From the human T2T-CHM13v2.0 reference genome, Homo sapiens: a DNA stretch of 64,000 bases. The notes beneath the pieces were generated by a model, which did no database searches, was not told where the DNA came from, and saw only the letters and a program-made list of their open reading frames with translations. A program made the position numbers and the translations under genes. Below, in pieces: positions 15,138 to 29,289 of the stretch (its first letter is position 1; each line of letters begins with the position of its first letter). Location of the stretch: the NCBI RefSeq assembly GCF_009914755.1, contig NC_060927.1; one strand, given 5' to 3'.

Positions 15138-15472
15138 TAGGGACATGGATGAAGCTGGAAACCATCATTCTCAGCAAACTATCGCAAGGACAAAAAACCA
15201 AACACCGCATGTTCTCACTCATAGGTGGGAATTGAACAATGAGAACACTTGGACACAGGAAGGGGAACATCACACACCGGGGCCTGTTTTGGGGTCGGGG
15301 AAGGGGGGAGGGATAGCATTAGGAGATATATCTAATGCAAATGATGAGTTAATGGGTGCAGCACACCAACATGGCACATGTATACATCTGTAACAAATCT
15401 GCATGTTGTGCACATGTACCCTAGAACTTAAAGTATAATAAAAAAAGTATATATATATATATATATATATAT
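15138..15472 (+). mobile_element. 5'-truncated L1PA 3' end with A/(TA)n tail
   Basis: tagggacatggatgaagctggaaaccatcattctcagcaaac...ctagaacttaaagtataataaa. TSD aaacagctggttg at 15125-15137 and 15473-15485; inserted into a MIR. Confidence 0.92.
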
Positions 15473-18400
15473 AAACAGCTGGTTGAAGATGTTATGTCCA
15501 CATTTCAGATGAGGAAACTAAGGCTCAAGAAAGTTAAATGGCTTACACAGGTCACATGGAAAGCATAGGGCAGAGTTGTGGGTTTATTTCAGGCTCTCAG
15601 AATCAGCCAAGTGTTTTGCATGTCCACCTTAAGAATATTTTCCAAATGGATAAATGCTCCTTGAAAAAAGGATTCTGGGTTCGGATAAAATTGGGTAACT
15701 ACCAAGACATCATAAAACATTTAGGATACGACAAGCATTGTGAATGTCTAAGAAAGGGCTAAGCATGCAGCACTTTCCAAATTTATTTGATATCATAACT
15801 CTTCATTTGGGGAACTCTGCACTGCCTCACATTGCCTCACGTGTAGAAAGTTGGTTTAGTTGGTGCATGTGCAAGTGCAATGAGCTGTACAGAGGAGGTA
15901 GGTAGTAGAAGCAGTAAAGCAAGTTGTCTCTACAATAGACAGGAGTTCTGGGGTATATCAGAGCTCTTTGGGACACAAAGAGCACCTGCCATCAGGATTC
16001 CATCACAATAGAAGAGAAGGAGTGGAAGATGAGTTAGTGGTTGGGGTCTGCAGGGCAGATTTCACAAAAGGATGAACTAAGCTGAGTGGTCTCCCATTTC
16101 TAAAATTTCTATTTCTTTCCATTTCTAAAATAGCTTCTATTTCTTTGCTGAGACTTGTATTTTTACATTTGCTTTAAGAGGGTTTTCCCTTACCTTATGG
16201 AACAGTGTTGTAATAGCTGCTTCAAAATCTACGTCTGATCATTTGGCAGCCCAGTCATCTCAGGGTTGGTGTCTACTGATTGCCTCTTCTCTTAAAAGTG
16301 GTTGCATGTGGTCCGGGCAATCTAAAAAGCCAGTTCCTGGTTCTCAATGTGGATCCGTTTTGCAAGGGTGCAAGGCATTGTGTGTATTCTGCTTGTCTCC
16401 AAGCTTGATTTGTCTGAAACCCAAATTGCTCATCTTTGTGTTATAAGACTCAAATGTTCTTCAGCATTTTAATGAATCCATCCTAAATATATGTTATGAA
16501 TATCAGAAACATTTCATGTCTTAAAAGTTTTTGATATAGTTCTTCAAAATTAGAGCCTATATAATTCATTTTCACGTATAGGAGTCAACTGTTTCCTCCC
16601 ATCTCTACCTCAGTGTTTTCTGAGCCTCTCTACTCCTCCACGAGACGCAACTTCTCCAGTGGGAGAGTTCTCACAGGAGGCCTGGCCTACAAGGTACTTA
16701 GCAGCCAGGCTGAGCCTAAGCTGGATAATTTGACTTTGGCATTGTTAACCTTCACCTATAACTGATATAGAAATTCAAGTTGGAGTTTGGAGAAATTTCA
16801 TTCTGAAACCCACAATTTTAACAATAGGCTAATTTTGGCCAGCCATCAGTTAAAGTATGGCCAGACTTTAACTATGACTTTAACTGATCTTAAATATGGC
16901 CAGAGAGGAAGATTTGCTATTATTTGGAAAACGTTGCTTAGAAAAGAGAAAGGCAGCAAAATGGAAGGAGGAAGGGAGTATTTTAATTTTGTTTTCATTA
17001 ATCTAAACAAAGGTAGGACATAGAGAAATTTCCTGAGGAAAAAATGTATGCATTGTATAATAATACTGTGAATATCATAATGGAAATCAATGAATCGAAG
17101 AAAAATCACCCCAAATTCCACCTTTCCAGTAATTATCTTGTGCTCATTTAAAAAAATTTCCCTGTTAATCCTTATCCAAATGTTAGTATAATTTATACAT
17201 GTAGTTTTAATTATAGTATGGAAACAACTTTGCATACTGCACGTTTCACAATATTATACGTATACTGCCATGTAATTTCTCTAATAGTTTTAAAATAATG
17301 AAAAACGTTTCCATCATGTAAGTTCTTTCCAGTTTTTCAATATTATAAATAATTCTGTAATGAACAATTGGGGCATATTGCTTTTTCCTTTGGGAAAAAC
17401 AGTTTGTTCAAATAAATTTTCATGGATGGAGGAATTACAGCCAGTGCATATTTTTCTAGTTCTTGAAATGTATTGCTATTCTAGTTTAAAAATGATATTG
17501 CTATATTTATTTCAAAAATGTATATTGCCATTAGTGTAAATTTGGAAACTAAGTATCTTAGGATGATAAAGCCCTTCATGTTCTGGCACCTTCTGGTTTT
17601 CCAGTTTCCCCTTTCATTGTGCCACAGCCACTCCCACCCTGTCTCTTCCAAACATACTGGTCTTTGCATTCCTTGAATGTGACATGTTCTCTTGTTGTAA
17701 CGCCGTCGGGCATGCTGTTTGCAGCACTCTTCCCCTGTTCTTCTGTCGTCCTTTAAGCCTCAGCTTGGCTGTTAATTCCTTCAGAGCTGGGTGCCCCTTC
17801 TTTGTATTTCATAGCTCCCAGGCTTAACCCATCACTGTTTTTATCATTTTGTGCTGAAACTGCTTGGCTACTTTTCTATTTCTTTGCTTAGACAATGCTG
17901 TGTTTATCTTGTTCCCGACTGTATTTACAGTGTCTATCACCAGAGGAACTCAATAACTACATATTAAATGAAAAACGAAACAAAACTAAAAACCCAATTA
18001 AAGAAACATGGAGAAAAATTCCACCCTGCCAACAGGGCTATTTGCTATCACATATTAAATTTAAAAAGTACTTATTGAATAGAAGACATAGAGTTAGATA
18101 CTATAGCCACAGAAGATTGTAAGGAAAGAAGGTCTTGGGGAAATTGCTCTCAAATAGGTTAAGATTTGGTTAACACTGGGAAGATAGAGTTTGCAATTAA
18201 ATGTTAAATGTTTTTCTTAATGGAGAAGGAATTAAAAAGTAAATGTGGTGATGGACTGCAAGAGAAATACATTCCCCTTTTAGTGGCTAGGAAATGGAAA
18301 GGGGGAGGTATTTTATTTATGGTTATATCTAGGAGTGGTAGGAAAAAGACATCTTCAATTAAAAACCTCTTAACGTTAACAATGAAATTACGGATAGAAA

Positions 18401-18920
18401 AATTATTGTAATTGGAGTCATAGTATATATAAATTTTATGTACTGCTTTTAGGTGCTCCTAGCATAAGTATTTCCTTGTATTTACATAACTTTTATAATT
18501 ATAATTAATGTCCAGAAAAAAGCAAAAGAAGGTAAGTAGGAGAGAGAGGAGACTCATACGACACCAGGGACTTCCAATTAATGGGGAAAATGTATTGAGG
18601 GATTATTGGAGGCCCTGTTTGGTGGATAGAATTATGAATATAAGAATATTTTTGTGAAAAGATATAGGAGTTTAAAGAGATTATAGCATATGAAAGATAT
18701 ACAGAGTGAGAAAACATCCAAAAATTGTACTTTTCAGCCCAAATCAATCAACAATGAATATGATTCATACTTGAATCTTTCAAGTTTGTAATATCATTTA
18801 AGAAAAACTAACATACTCAGAAAAGTGAGGTGCCCGCTGATGTTCTGGCAAAATGCTTTAAAAGCTGCTTTTCCCCTCAAAGATCCACCTAATCACCTAC
18901 AAAGTCTATTTCTTTTTCAG

Positions 18921-19212
18921 GTTTAACTTTCAGAGATTCCGCTGGATGAAAGCCATGATCCACATGATCAAGGAGATTAATAAGAGGAAGGATATTTTGC
19001 CCAACATCACTCTGGGCTATCAGATCTTTGATACCTGTTTTACCATCTCCAAATCAGTGGAAGCAGTCTTGGTATTTCTTACAGGGCAGGAAGAAAACAG
19101 GCCCAATTTTAGAAACAGCACTGGAGCATTTCCGGCAGGAATTGTTGGAGCAGGTGGATCATTCTTATCAGTTCCTGCTTCAAGAATTCTAGGGTTATAT
19201 TATTTGCCTCAG
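18921..19212 (+). pseudogene. VN2R1P: V2R exon 2 (Venus flytrap), open frame
   Basis: Acceptor tctttttcag|G. Translates (G)FNFQRFRWMKAMIHMIKEINKRKDILPNITLGYQIFDTC...ILGLYYLPQ. Donor CAG|gtatct. Phase 2 in, phase 0 out. Confidence 0.92.
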
Positions 19213-21471
19213 GTATCTCCGATTATTGTGCTGGGTACTAACTTAAAAAACAACAACAACACAAACCATGCTTGTGGAAACTGCAGCAGATAGCAAGGTG
19301 CTCAGGTGAGGTTGAGTTAAGTTGCAGAGACAAACAGGGATGGTGGTGATGCTGCTGTCCCTAATTACTATGTTCAGTCAGGCCTTAGCAAGTGTGAATT
19401 GATGTCTACTTAGAGGCGACTTGAGACTCTTCTACGTCCCTTGGCATGCTACTTTAATTTTTGGCTTGAGATTGTGACCCAGTGATTTGTTTTTTGACAA
19501 CTCACTAGTCATAATACTCTATAGCACTGTGTGGAGCACAGTGTAGGTGATCAATAAATATGTGTTGGTTGGTCAATTGATGGTATAAGAAACTCACTTT
19601 GTTTCTTGCCTATATTAATGCTTATTATTCATGACCGTTTTGATTCATGCACTAACATGCTGAAGCGGGCCTGGGAATTATGCAAGATGGCTAGGGTTTT
19701 GAGGATGCTAACTTTACAGGTTATTTTAAATTCGGAGACAATGACACATTTCAACATAAGAAGAGATTATTTTAGGAAAAATTGATTATTAAGGAAATAT
19801 AAATATAGCTCTATCATTGTTTCTAAGGATGGATCATTATAGTATCAGTTGTCATGACTTATTAATGTGAATGATGATAAGCTTATTTGTGTTGCTGAAG
19901 TAATGAAAATTTGAAATAATTGTATAAAGTAGCATTTCCAGAGTATTTCTTATAAAACTGCATATACGGATGTAGAGGGAAGAGGAAAGTACTGAGAAAA
20001 AGAACCAAGAAGAGAGGTTGGGTGACACAACTGACACCTTAGGTGTGGGCTTCGTGCAGCTCAAACTGCTGCTGCTGTGAGCTCTGTCTTCCAGGTACTG
20101 GCTGGAAACCTCTAGATAGATTTTCTCATTAAACGCTTGTAGTAAATATCCAACAAAGGTAAAAGAAATCTGTATGATGAACATTTTCACATTTGTTATC
20201 TCATTGAATACATTGAGCAATCTTAAAATGTAGATTTCATTACCCTGATTTCACTTATAGGGAATCTGAAGTTCAGAAGGTTTAAGTAACTTCTCTAAGA
20301 TCTCACAGTGATAAAATATATATCCAGAATTAGATATCAGGTGTCTCTGCTTCTTAAATAAGATTATTTCCTACATAGGGCTTCCAATGTTGCTGCTTGC
20401 ATGGTTCCAAAGAAGAATGTAAACTTTAGCCTTTGGAGTGAAAATAGGACATGGGGTAGAAGAAACAGGAAACAAGAATATTCTGGCACTCATGAAGAAA
20501 TTGACAATCTTGAGCTATGGAATTATAATATGGGCGATCCTATTGAAGGTGGTGTGTTAATGTTATATCATGAGATGGGAATGTGATGGGATAGGGAAAA
20601 ATGTGTCCATATGTTCTTAACTGTAGGGTCATTGAGGTTGAGGGTAAGCTACAGTGGAAATGCATATAAAGTGGTGAGGAATTCATGATCATTTGACCTC
20701 TATTCTTAAATTCCCACTATTGGAAAATACATACAGAGATCACTGGCAAAATGGGAAAAAGTGTCTCTTCATTTATCTAGACAAATGCCTATAAAATTAG
20801 GGCTTCCATCTCTGTTGGATGACAGGGCTTAGATGCGAGGCTAAAGTGGTGCTTTCTACCACCTTTCTCAAGTTAAGTCTTGGGATCTACATACTCATAA
20901 GTTTTTCTCCTGGCAGAGAAAAACAAGGAAAGAAAAGTGGTGATAGGAGGGAGGGAAGGGAGGTGGAAGACGAGGGGTGGGGGGAGAGAGAGAGAGAGAG
21001 AGAGATAAGAATTGGGCTTGCCAAATGGATTGTGGGTCTACTCACTCCATCATCCATGTGGATGAGAAGTAAAATCTAAGGAAGAGCCTGGATGGCTTGA
21101 TTCACTCCCCTTGTCTGTGGGGTGCATAGAGAAAAAAGCAAATGGCCTCCTTTTCACTGCTGTGATCCCACTTGTGAAAAGTAGGGCATTGAATGTTGTA
21201 TTAATAATCAGCTCCTCCGATTTCCTTGGGGTATGAGGAAGTGGATTTGAAAGAGTCCATAGGGAGGCCCAAAGTGTTCCCTCCAACACTCTACCCTCCC
21301 ATCCACTGAGCAAGGAAAGGACCAGAAATCCTTTTGTCTAAAGAAAGATGTGAAAATAAAGGGAGAAGAACTGTTAAGTTCCCTCCCTCCCCAATAAAAA
21401 TATTCTGAAAATGTGTAATTTGAGATTTGGCTATTGCTTTCTAATAGCTGCATGAATATTTTCAATAGTAG

Positions 21472-21591
21472 GTGGGCTATACCTCTACCTGCGTGATTCT
21501 TAGTGACAAATACCAGTTTCCATCTTATCTTCGTGTAATAGCCAGCGATAAGATCCAGTCGAAGGCTGTGGTAAAACGTATCCAACACTTT
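21472..21591 (+). pseudogene. VN2R1P: V2R exon 3, 5' remnant truncated by a deletion
   Basis: Acceptor aatagtag|GTG. Translates [40 protein letters not shown], then runs directly into an antisense Alu. Confidence 0.9.
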
Positions 21592-21596
21592 CACTT

Positions 21597-21870
21597 TCTC
21601 ACTCTGTCGCCCAGGCTGGAGTGCAGTGGCGCCATCCTGGCTCATGGCAACCTCCGCCTCCCAGGTTCAAACAATCCTCCTACCTCAGCCTCCTGAGTAG
21701 CTGGGATTACAGGTGTGTGCCACCATGCCAGACTAATTTTTGTATTTTTAGTAGAGACAGGGTTTTGCCATGTTGCCCAGGCTGGTCTCGAATTCCTGGC
21801 CTCAAATTATCTGACTGCTTCGGCCTCCCAAAGTGCTGGGATTACAGGTGTGAGCCACTGTGCCTGGCCC
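21597..21870 (-). mobile_element. Alu lacking its tail, fused to exon 3 at the deletion junction
   Basis: Begins tctcactctgtcgcccaggctggagtgcagtgg with no poly-T and no gagacggag in front. Confidence 0.88.
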
Positions 21871-22527
21871 AGTACTATAGAGCTTTGGATAATCCAGTTC
21901 CATATTTACTTCCGGATGAACTGTAGAGTTACAGTAAATCGATAGGGTAGTGAAAAAGAATTGGCAATTTCATCTTCCATGTGACTCTCAGAATGGAAGA
22001 ACCAGGAAAAGTGAGAGAGATGAAAGTGACGTCAGCATAGCCAGAGAATGCTTTTTGTTTGCTGACACAGGACTTTCTTTTGGAGGAAAGGGTGTCTTTT
22101 TTCATCCTGTTTATTTTTCACGTATCTTCCCTCTTGAGCTCAGATCTGAGATCCCCAAACAGTCTTCCAAATCATGCTGGGAAAGCATCTAAAAATAAGT
22201 GAAAAAAAGCCTCAAGATTTCTGAGTTCCTATGCTGTACCAGACACCTATGAGATCTTTGTCTGTCAGACTATTCCTCTCTGCTTTCTATGTGTAGCAAT
22301 AAACATCTATAGACTTATACATGCTCACAAAAGAATATAGATATGCACACATACACAGTAGTTTATTGGTCTATCTTTAAGCAGCATTTGAATATATTTT
22401 GGGTAGATGTAAAAATAGCCACTTGTCAGTGTTTACCACTGTAGGGGCCAGAGCTCTCTGCAGCATTTTATGCCTTTGATCTAGAACCTGCTCTGCCCAA
22501 TACAGTAGTGCTTAACCACAGATAGGT

Positions 22528-22835
<308 letters not shown>

Positions 22836-23329
22836 CACAGACAGCTTTAAAATGCAAATTAATTAAAATAAAATAAAAGGAAAATTCAGCTCTTAGTCAC
22901 ATTAACTACATTTCAAGTGTTCAATATCCACATGTAGCTAGGAGCTACCATATAGAACAACAGAGATATGTAACACTTCTGTCATTGCAGAAAGGACAGA
23001 GCTGCCCTAAGTCTAGGCTATAAGCCATCTTATGTGGCCCAGAGCTCTCTCAGAATGGTGAGCTACTTGATGAATGGGCTTGAGACTTCACTTTTGTATT
23101 CTTTTTGGTAGGTATATAGTAGGTCCCCAATATACCGTTTTACATGAAAAGGAAGATGTTATTCTTTGCATATACATGGTTCAAAGAATGCTTGCTCTAC
23201 TGAAAATTGACAGAAAAATAGTAAAATCTAATAGTAGATTTTTCTTTTAATAATCTTCATTAGGGTATAGTAATTTATTTTTCTTATCTTTTACTATAAA
23301 ATTGGGATTGTTTGTATAATGAAATTGCT

Positions 23330-24800
23330 TCAAATGTAATTCAATACAAATTTACTAAGCATCTACTATAAATCCAACTCTGGGTTAAACATTGCAAAAA
23401 TAAGGCCACTGCCCCTAATTAACTGAGCAAATATTTGTTGAGAACAGTAGCATATGTGCATAGGAACTGCGGATACGTCAGTGTGCAAAACAGAACAAAT
23501 CCCAGCCTAATGGGATTAACATTTCAATGGAAGGAAGTAGGCAACAAACAAGACAAATAGAGACATTATACTGTATCTTAAAGGATGTTAATGTCAGGGA
23601 GAAACAAATAGCAGGACTGAGATAGGGAGTGCTGTGGGAGTGTTGCACTGAAATTCCATATAGCGTAGTCAGGGAAGGCCTCGCTAGAGTGACATTTGAA
23701 CAGAAATTCAAATGAAAGTGTGTTCATGCATTATCTAGGGGAAGAATATTTCCAGCACAGGGAACAGCACCTTCTAAACCCTGAGGCGCGTGTGGCTGGC
23801 ACTTTGGAGGAACAGAAAAGAAGTCAATGTGGCTGGAAAGAGTGAAAGAGAGGGAGAGCAGGAAAGGAGGTGAGAGAGGTTAGAGAGGGACAGATCATGC
23901 AGGGCCCTGTTGGCTTTTGAAGGACTTTGGTTTTCACACTGAGTGAGAAGGGAAACCCTGAAAATCTTGACAGAGGAGGGCCATGATCTGACTCAGGTAT
24001 CATTGTTTGCCATACTGCAAATCAGTGGAAGGAGTGGGGTGGAGGGGCAAGAACAGAACCAAGGAGACTGTTAAAAGACCATAAAATCATCCAAAATAAT
24101 GAAGGTAGCTTGGCCCAGGATAGATGTGATGGAGGTGGCAAAAAGTCATTAGATTCTGGATATCTTATGGATATCTTATAGGTAGAAGACATCAAATCTG
24201 CTGACGGATTGGACCTGGAAGTGTTACATGAAACAATTAGAGGACAATACAAATAATGATTTAAGTCATAATGGTAAACTGAGTCTGGTGGTTGGTGAGA
24301 AGGTGGACTTGAGTGGAAGAGAGGGTCCATACAGGCAAGTAATATCAGGTTGGAGATGATGGATAGGAATGGTGGTGTTGATGACAGAAATGAGGAATAG
24401 GGTTTATGGGATAGTTTTGTACGTGTTGAACTTGAGGTGATGGTGGAATCTTAATGTAGGAACATATGGGAAGTTTAGAATATGGAATTAAATAGAGATC
24501 AGGTGGGAAAGGTTGGTGTTAGAGATCAAAATTTGGGAGTACTTCTATAGAGATACTGGTTGAAGACAAGAGAATGAAGGACCTGCTTTACAGTAAGAGA
24601 GAAAACCAGAGGACCAAGGACCAAACCCAGGACCCAAGGGAAGCCAAGGTAGCTTGCGTTTCAAAGAGGGGCTGATCAAAAGTGTCAAGTATTGAAGAAA
24701 GCTGAAGGAAAATGTGGCCAGAGGAAAATCTCTCAGACATGGCAAGAAGAGTTTTAGTGAGGTGAGTGAGTTGGCAGCTAGATCACAGAGGTTGAGAAGG
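23330..24800 (-). mobile_element. L2 LINE remnant
   Basis: Purine-rich L2-like tract: gggaagaatattccagcacagggaacagc..., cagatcatgcagggccctgttggcttttgaaggactttggttttcacactgagtgag. Confidence 0.7.
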
Positions 24801-24858
24801 GAAGGAATACTGAGAAATGGAACAAAAAGGTATCAGCTCATTGTTAATGATACTAATG

Positions 24859-25147
<289 letters not shown>

Positions 25148-26200
25148 TCATAAGGTAATATCGAGAGTTCTTTCCAGAAGACTGGATCAGAGCAAGGAAT
25201 TCTAGTTCATTCTGTGATGATTTTATTGTTCATCTTTCAGAATTTGAGAATGCCTTGCTATCACTCCTTCCTGTAATAGCTACTCCTTAAGGTGCATTTA
25301 AAATATGATTTTACAGATACATATGTATAAAACATATAAGAAGCTTATCTATTGTGTATACATACTTCTGTAATGTTATGTACCATAACCTAGCTCAGAG
25401 ATTGGTAATATTTTCTATGTTATTTAATTCAGATTTACTCTGGAAAACTCAACATATGAAAATTCTGATTTCTAAAATAAATATAAGTGTAATCATGCAT
25501 CTTCCAAAATGATTCTTTGCTTAATGGAAAAGCATTTTGTTTCTTAAACAGGAAACTCCCTAATGGATTAAGAAACAAACTATTTACAAACCTTGCATTT
25601 ATTCTGGGTTTCAAGGTACACATCCATGTAGAATGTAAAAGGAGGCCTGTGTTTACTACTGAGATTTTGAAATTCGTTTAGCAAGAAAATATTTCAATGC
25701 TATGCCTTGTCTGCTTTTCCTTTTGCCCTCCCCATTTTTCTGATAAATCAGATCTTTCACTGTTCTTTTCTACTGACCCTTCATGACACAGCTTTGATTT
25801 TAAGACTACTTTGGGATGACCTTGCAGAGGGAAAATATTTTTTAGGCTTTCAAGATGATTCTTGGAATCATAGGTCCTTCACAAGCAGGAACAGACCTGT
25901 CAAATGATCTCATCCCCAGAGTCCTGTAGGCATGGAGCCTGGTCTGGATCCCCAAGGTTAGAAAGAAGAGGCTTAGAATTAGCTTTGCATTTCTAGACTT
26001 AACACCGAGACTCTCCTTTAGCAAAATTCTTCTCTACGTTCTCCATGTTGTTATTTTCTTTGTTCATTATCTTCACTCAGGCATCCTGGGTTTCCCAGGA
26101 AATCGCAAAGCTTCCATGGAAATTCAAATGGAAACTTTCTCAGCCTCATGAGTACTAGAGACAAAGGGCTTTGTTAATACATCATGTTTGTCTTTGCTAG

Positions 26201-26325
26201 CTTCCCCATTCAGTGTGTACTGATGTGTGTCCTCCTGGGACTCGGAAGGGGATTCGTTCAGAGGGAACCAATATGCTGCTTTGACTCCATCCCATGTGCT
26301 GATGGACACGTGTCACGGAAACCAG
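26201..26325 (+). pseudogene. VN2R1P: V2R cysteine-rich-domain exon (exon 5) with a 1-nt insertion
   Basis: Acceptor tctttgctag|. Translates LPHSVCTDVCPPGTRKGIR [+T at about 26258] QREPICCFDSIPCADGHVSRKP(G). Donor ACCAG|gttgag. Not in the ORF track because of the frameshift. Confidence 0.9.
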
Positions 26326-26997
26326 GTTGAGATGGTAATTTCTTCATTGATATGAGGATGCTATTAGATCAAACATGTTTTTGCAAAGAAGGCCTAAGGA
26401 GCCTTCTTTATAAATAGGTATGAATAACTTATAACAAAAATAATTAAAATCCATCAAATTATTGGATGTTTTGTGCACTGTGAAAAAAACATAGTATTGT
26501 GTTTCAGTTCTAAAGCTGCTACAGTTGGGAAAATACCTACAACCTTGAAGTTAATAGAGGAAAATGCAAAATAAAATATATGAAATGTGAAATATGAGTA
26601 GGATTCATAAAAAATATTTAAAATTATTTGTTTCTGAAATAAATTAAATGCTAGTTATATTCATAATTGGAAGACAGGGGACTTATAGTACTATGTTTTA
26701 TTGAATTAGCTCTAATTTGGAGTTATAAGATCTAAAATTTCATCTCTAAAGGCAATTGGCTTAAGGTCATAAGTACTCAAAGTTTGTAAGACATATGATT
26801 TCTGTAACTACTGCTCTATGAATTCTTCACTATGGCCTGCCAAATTGCTGCTCTTTATGACCAGAATTTTAATTGGGTTTAGTGTGCTCGGTCTTGTGAA
26901 ACATGTTGGAGCAGGTTTATTTTTATCTCTACCTTCTGTTAAAGATAACACAAAGTGTACTTGTCTTTTGTCAAATGGCCCTCAATAGCAATTCTTT

Positions 26998-27270
<273 letters not shown>

Positions 27271-27295
27271 CAATTCTTTATAAAAGAATTTTGAG

Positions 27296-27660
<365 letters not shown>

Positions 27661-27894
27661 CTACACAGCCCAGTCTCTGCATAGAGTTACATCCAGGGAA
27701 GTCCAGTACAGCAGTTAAAAGTGATTAAACAGGAATTGCAATCTTTCCTGCATCTTTCAAAGAACATTAAAGAGATCAATTTCACAGTCTACTATAAACT
27801 CATATCAAATAGCCTTTTCTTATGTTCTGACATTCTCCCTTAGAGCCTCCACCCAGCTAAATGCTCTAAACCTTCTCAGTAAGCACCATGTAGG

Positions 27895-28430
27895 TTCTTT
27901 TCCTTCTCCTTCCCCTTACCCATCTTCTTCTCTTTCTCCTTTTGTCTTTCTCCTCCTCCTCCTTCTCCCCCTCCTCCTCTTCTTCCCTTCCTCCTTTTTC
28001 CTCCTCCTCTCCCTCCTCCCCTTCCTCCTCCCTCCTCCTCCTCCTTCTTCTTCTTCTTCTTCTTCCTCTCCTTCTTGTCTTCCTCCTCCTCCTTCTTCTT
28101 CCTTCTTCTCTTTCTTCTTCTCCTCCTGCTCTTTCTTCTTCTTCCTCGTTCTCCTCCTCCTTCCTCTTCCTCCCCCTCCTTCTTCTTCTCTTTCTTCCTC
28201 CTTCCTCCTCCTCCTCCCCCCTCCTGCTTCCTCCTCCTCCTCCTTCTTCTTATTCTTCCTTCTTCTCTTTCTTCTTCTCCTCCTCCTTCTTCTGCTTCTT
28301 CCTTGTTTTCTTCTTCTTCCTCCTCCTCTTTCTCCCCCTCCTCCTCCACTGATGCCCCTTCCCTTCCCTTCCCTTCCCTTCCCTTCCCTTCCCTCCCCTC
28401 CCCTCCCCTCCCCTCCCCTTCCCTTCCCTC
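27895..28430. repeat. About 535-bp polypyrimidine/polypurine low-complexity tract (CTT/CCT/CCCTT units)
   Basis: Almost exclusively C/T on the + strand; occupies the tail position of the adjacent antisense Alu. Confidence 0.95.
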
Positions 28431-28776
<346 letters not shown>

Positions 28777-29289
28777 TGAAGAAGGGAAAAGCTCTGAGTA
28801 AGCAAAGACAAAATTCTCTTTCATAAGGGTGATATTGAATGAAAGACAGAAAACATTTGTATTTTAATCAACCTTATTCCTGTTACAATTCTCTCAATTG
28901 TTTTGCCTCAGTAGCTTTAATTTTTTTTTTTTTTACTTTTTTTTTCATTTGTGGATTGTTTTTGGGTTTACGAGGATACATACCACTCTTCTCAATTAGC
29001 TAACTGGAGTAGTAAGAAAGAAGCTTGTTACTGGAAAAGGCCAATGCAGAAAAGCCTGAAACTGAGAAGCGAGACTGACTTTCCAAAACTGAAAATAATT
29101 CTCAATCTGTAACATTATCTGTACACTCTAAGGTCATTTTATCACTATTTCTTTTGAGATATTATATATTCTATACAAAGGGATTTTCAACAAGTCCCCA
29201 CTCTAGAACTATGAGGGCTCTGGGATATTCACAGTGGAAGGGGACAATTGGATTTCTTTACAGTCAATTCTCTGTTCTTCGTTCAATAG

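Noticed and set aside
25800-25907. Peptide LWDDLAEGKYFLGFQDDSWNH as the missing V2R exon 4
   Set aside because: Only vague resemblance; no GD...YD..NW motif and no convincing splice sites.
29154-29289. N-terminal 45 codons of the 384-aa ORF as true V2R coding sequence
   Set aside because: Starts at TTG, lies upstream of the splice acceptor at 29289 and has no receptor similarity; it is intronic.
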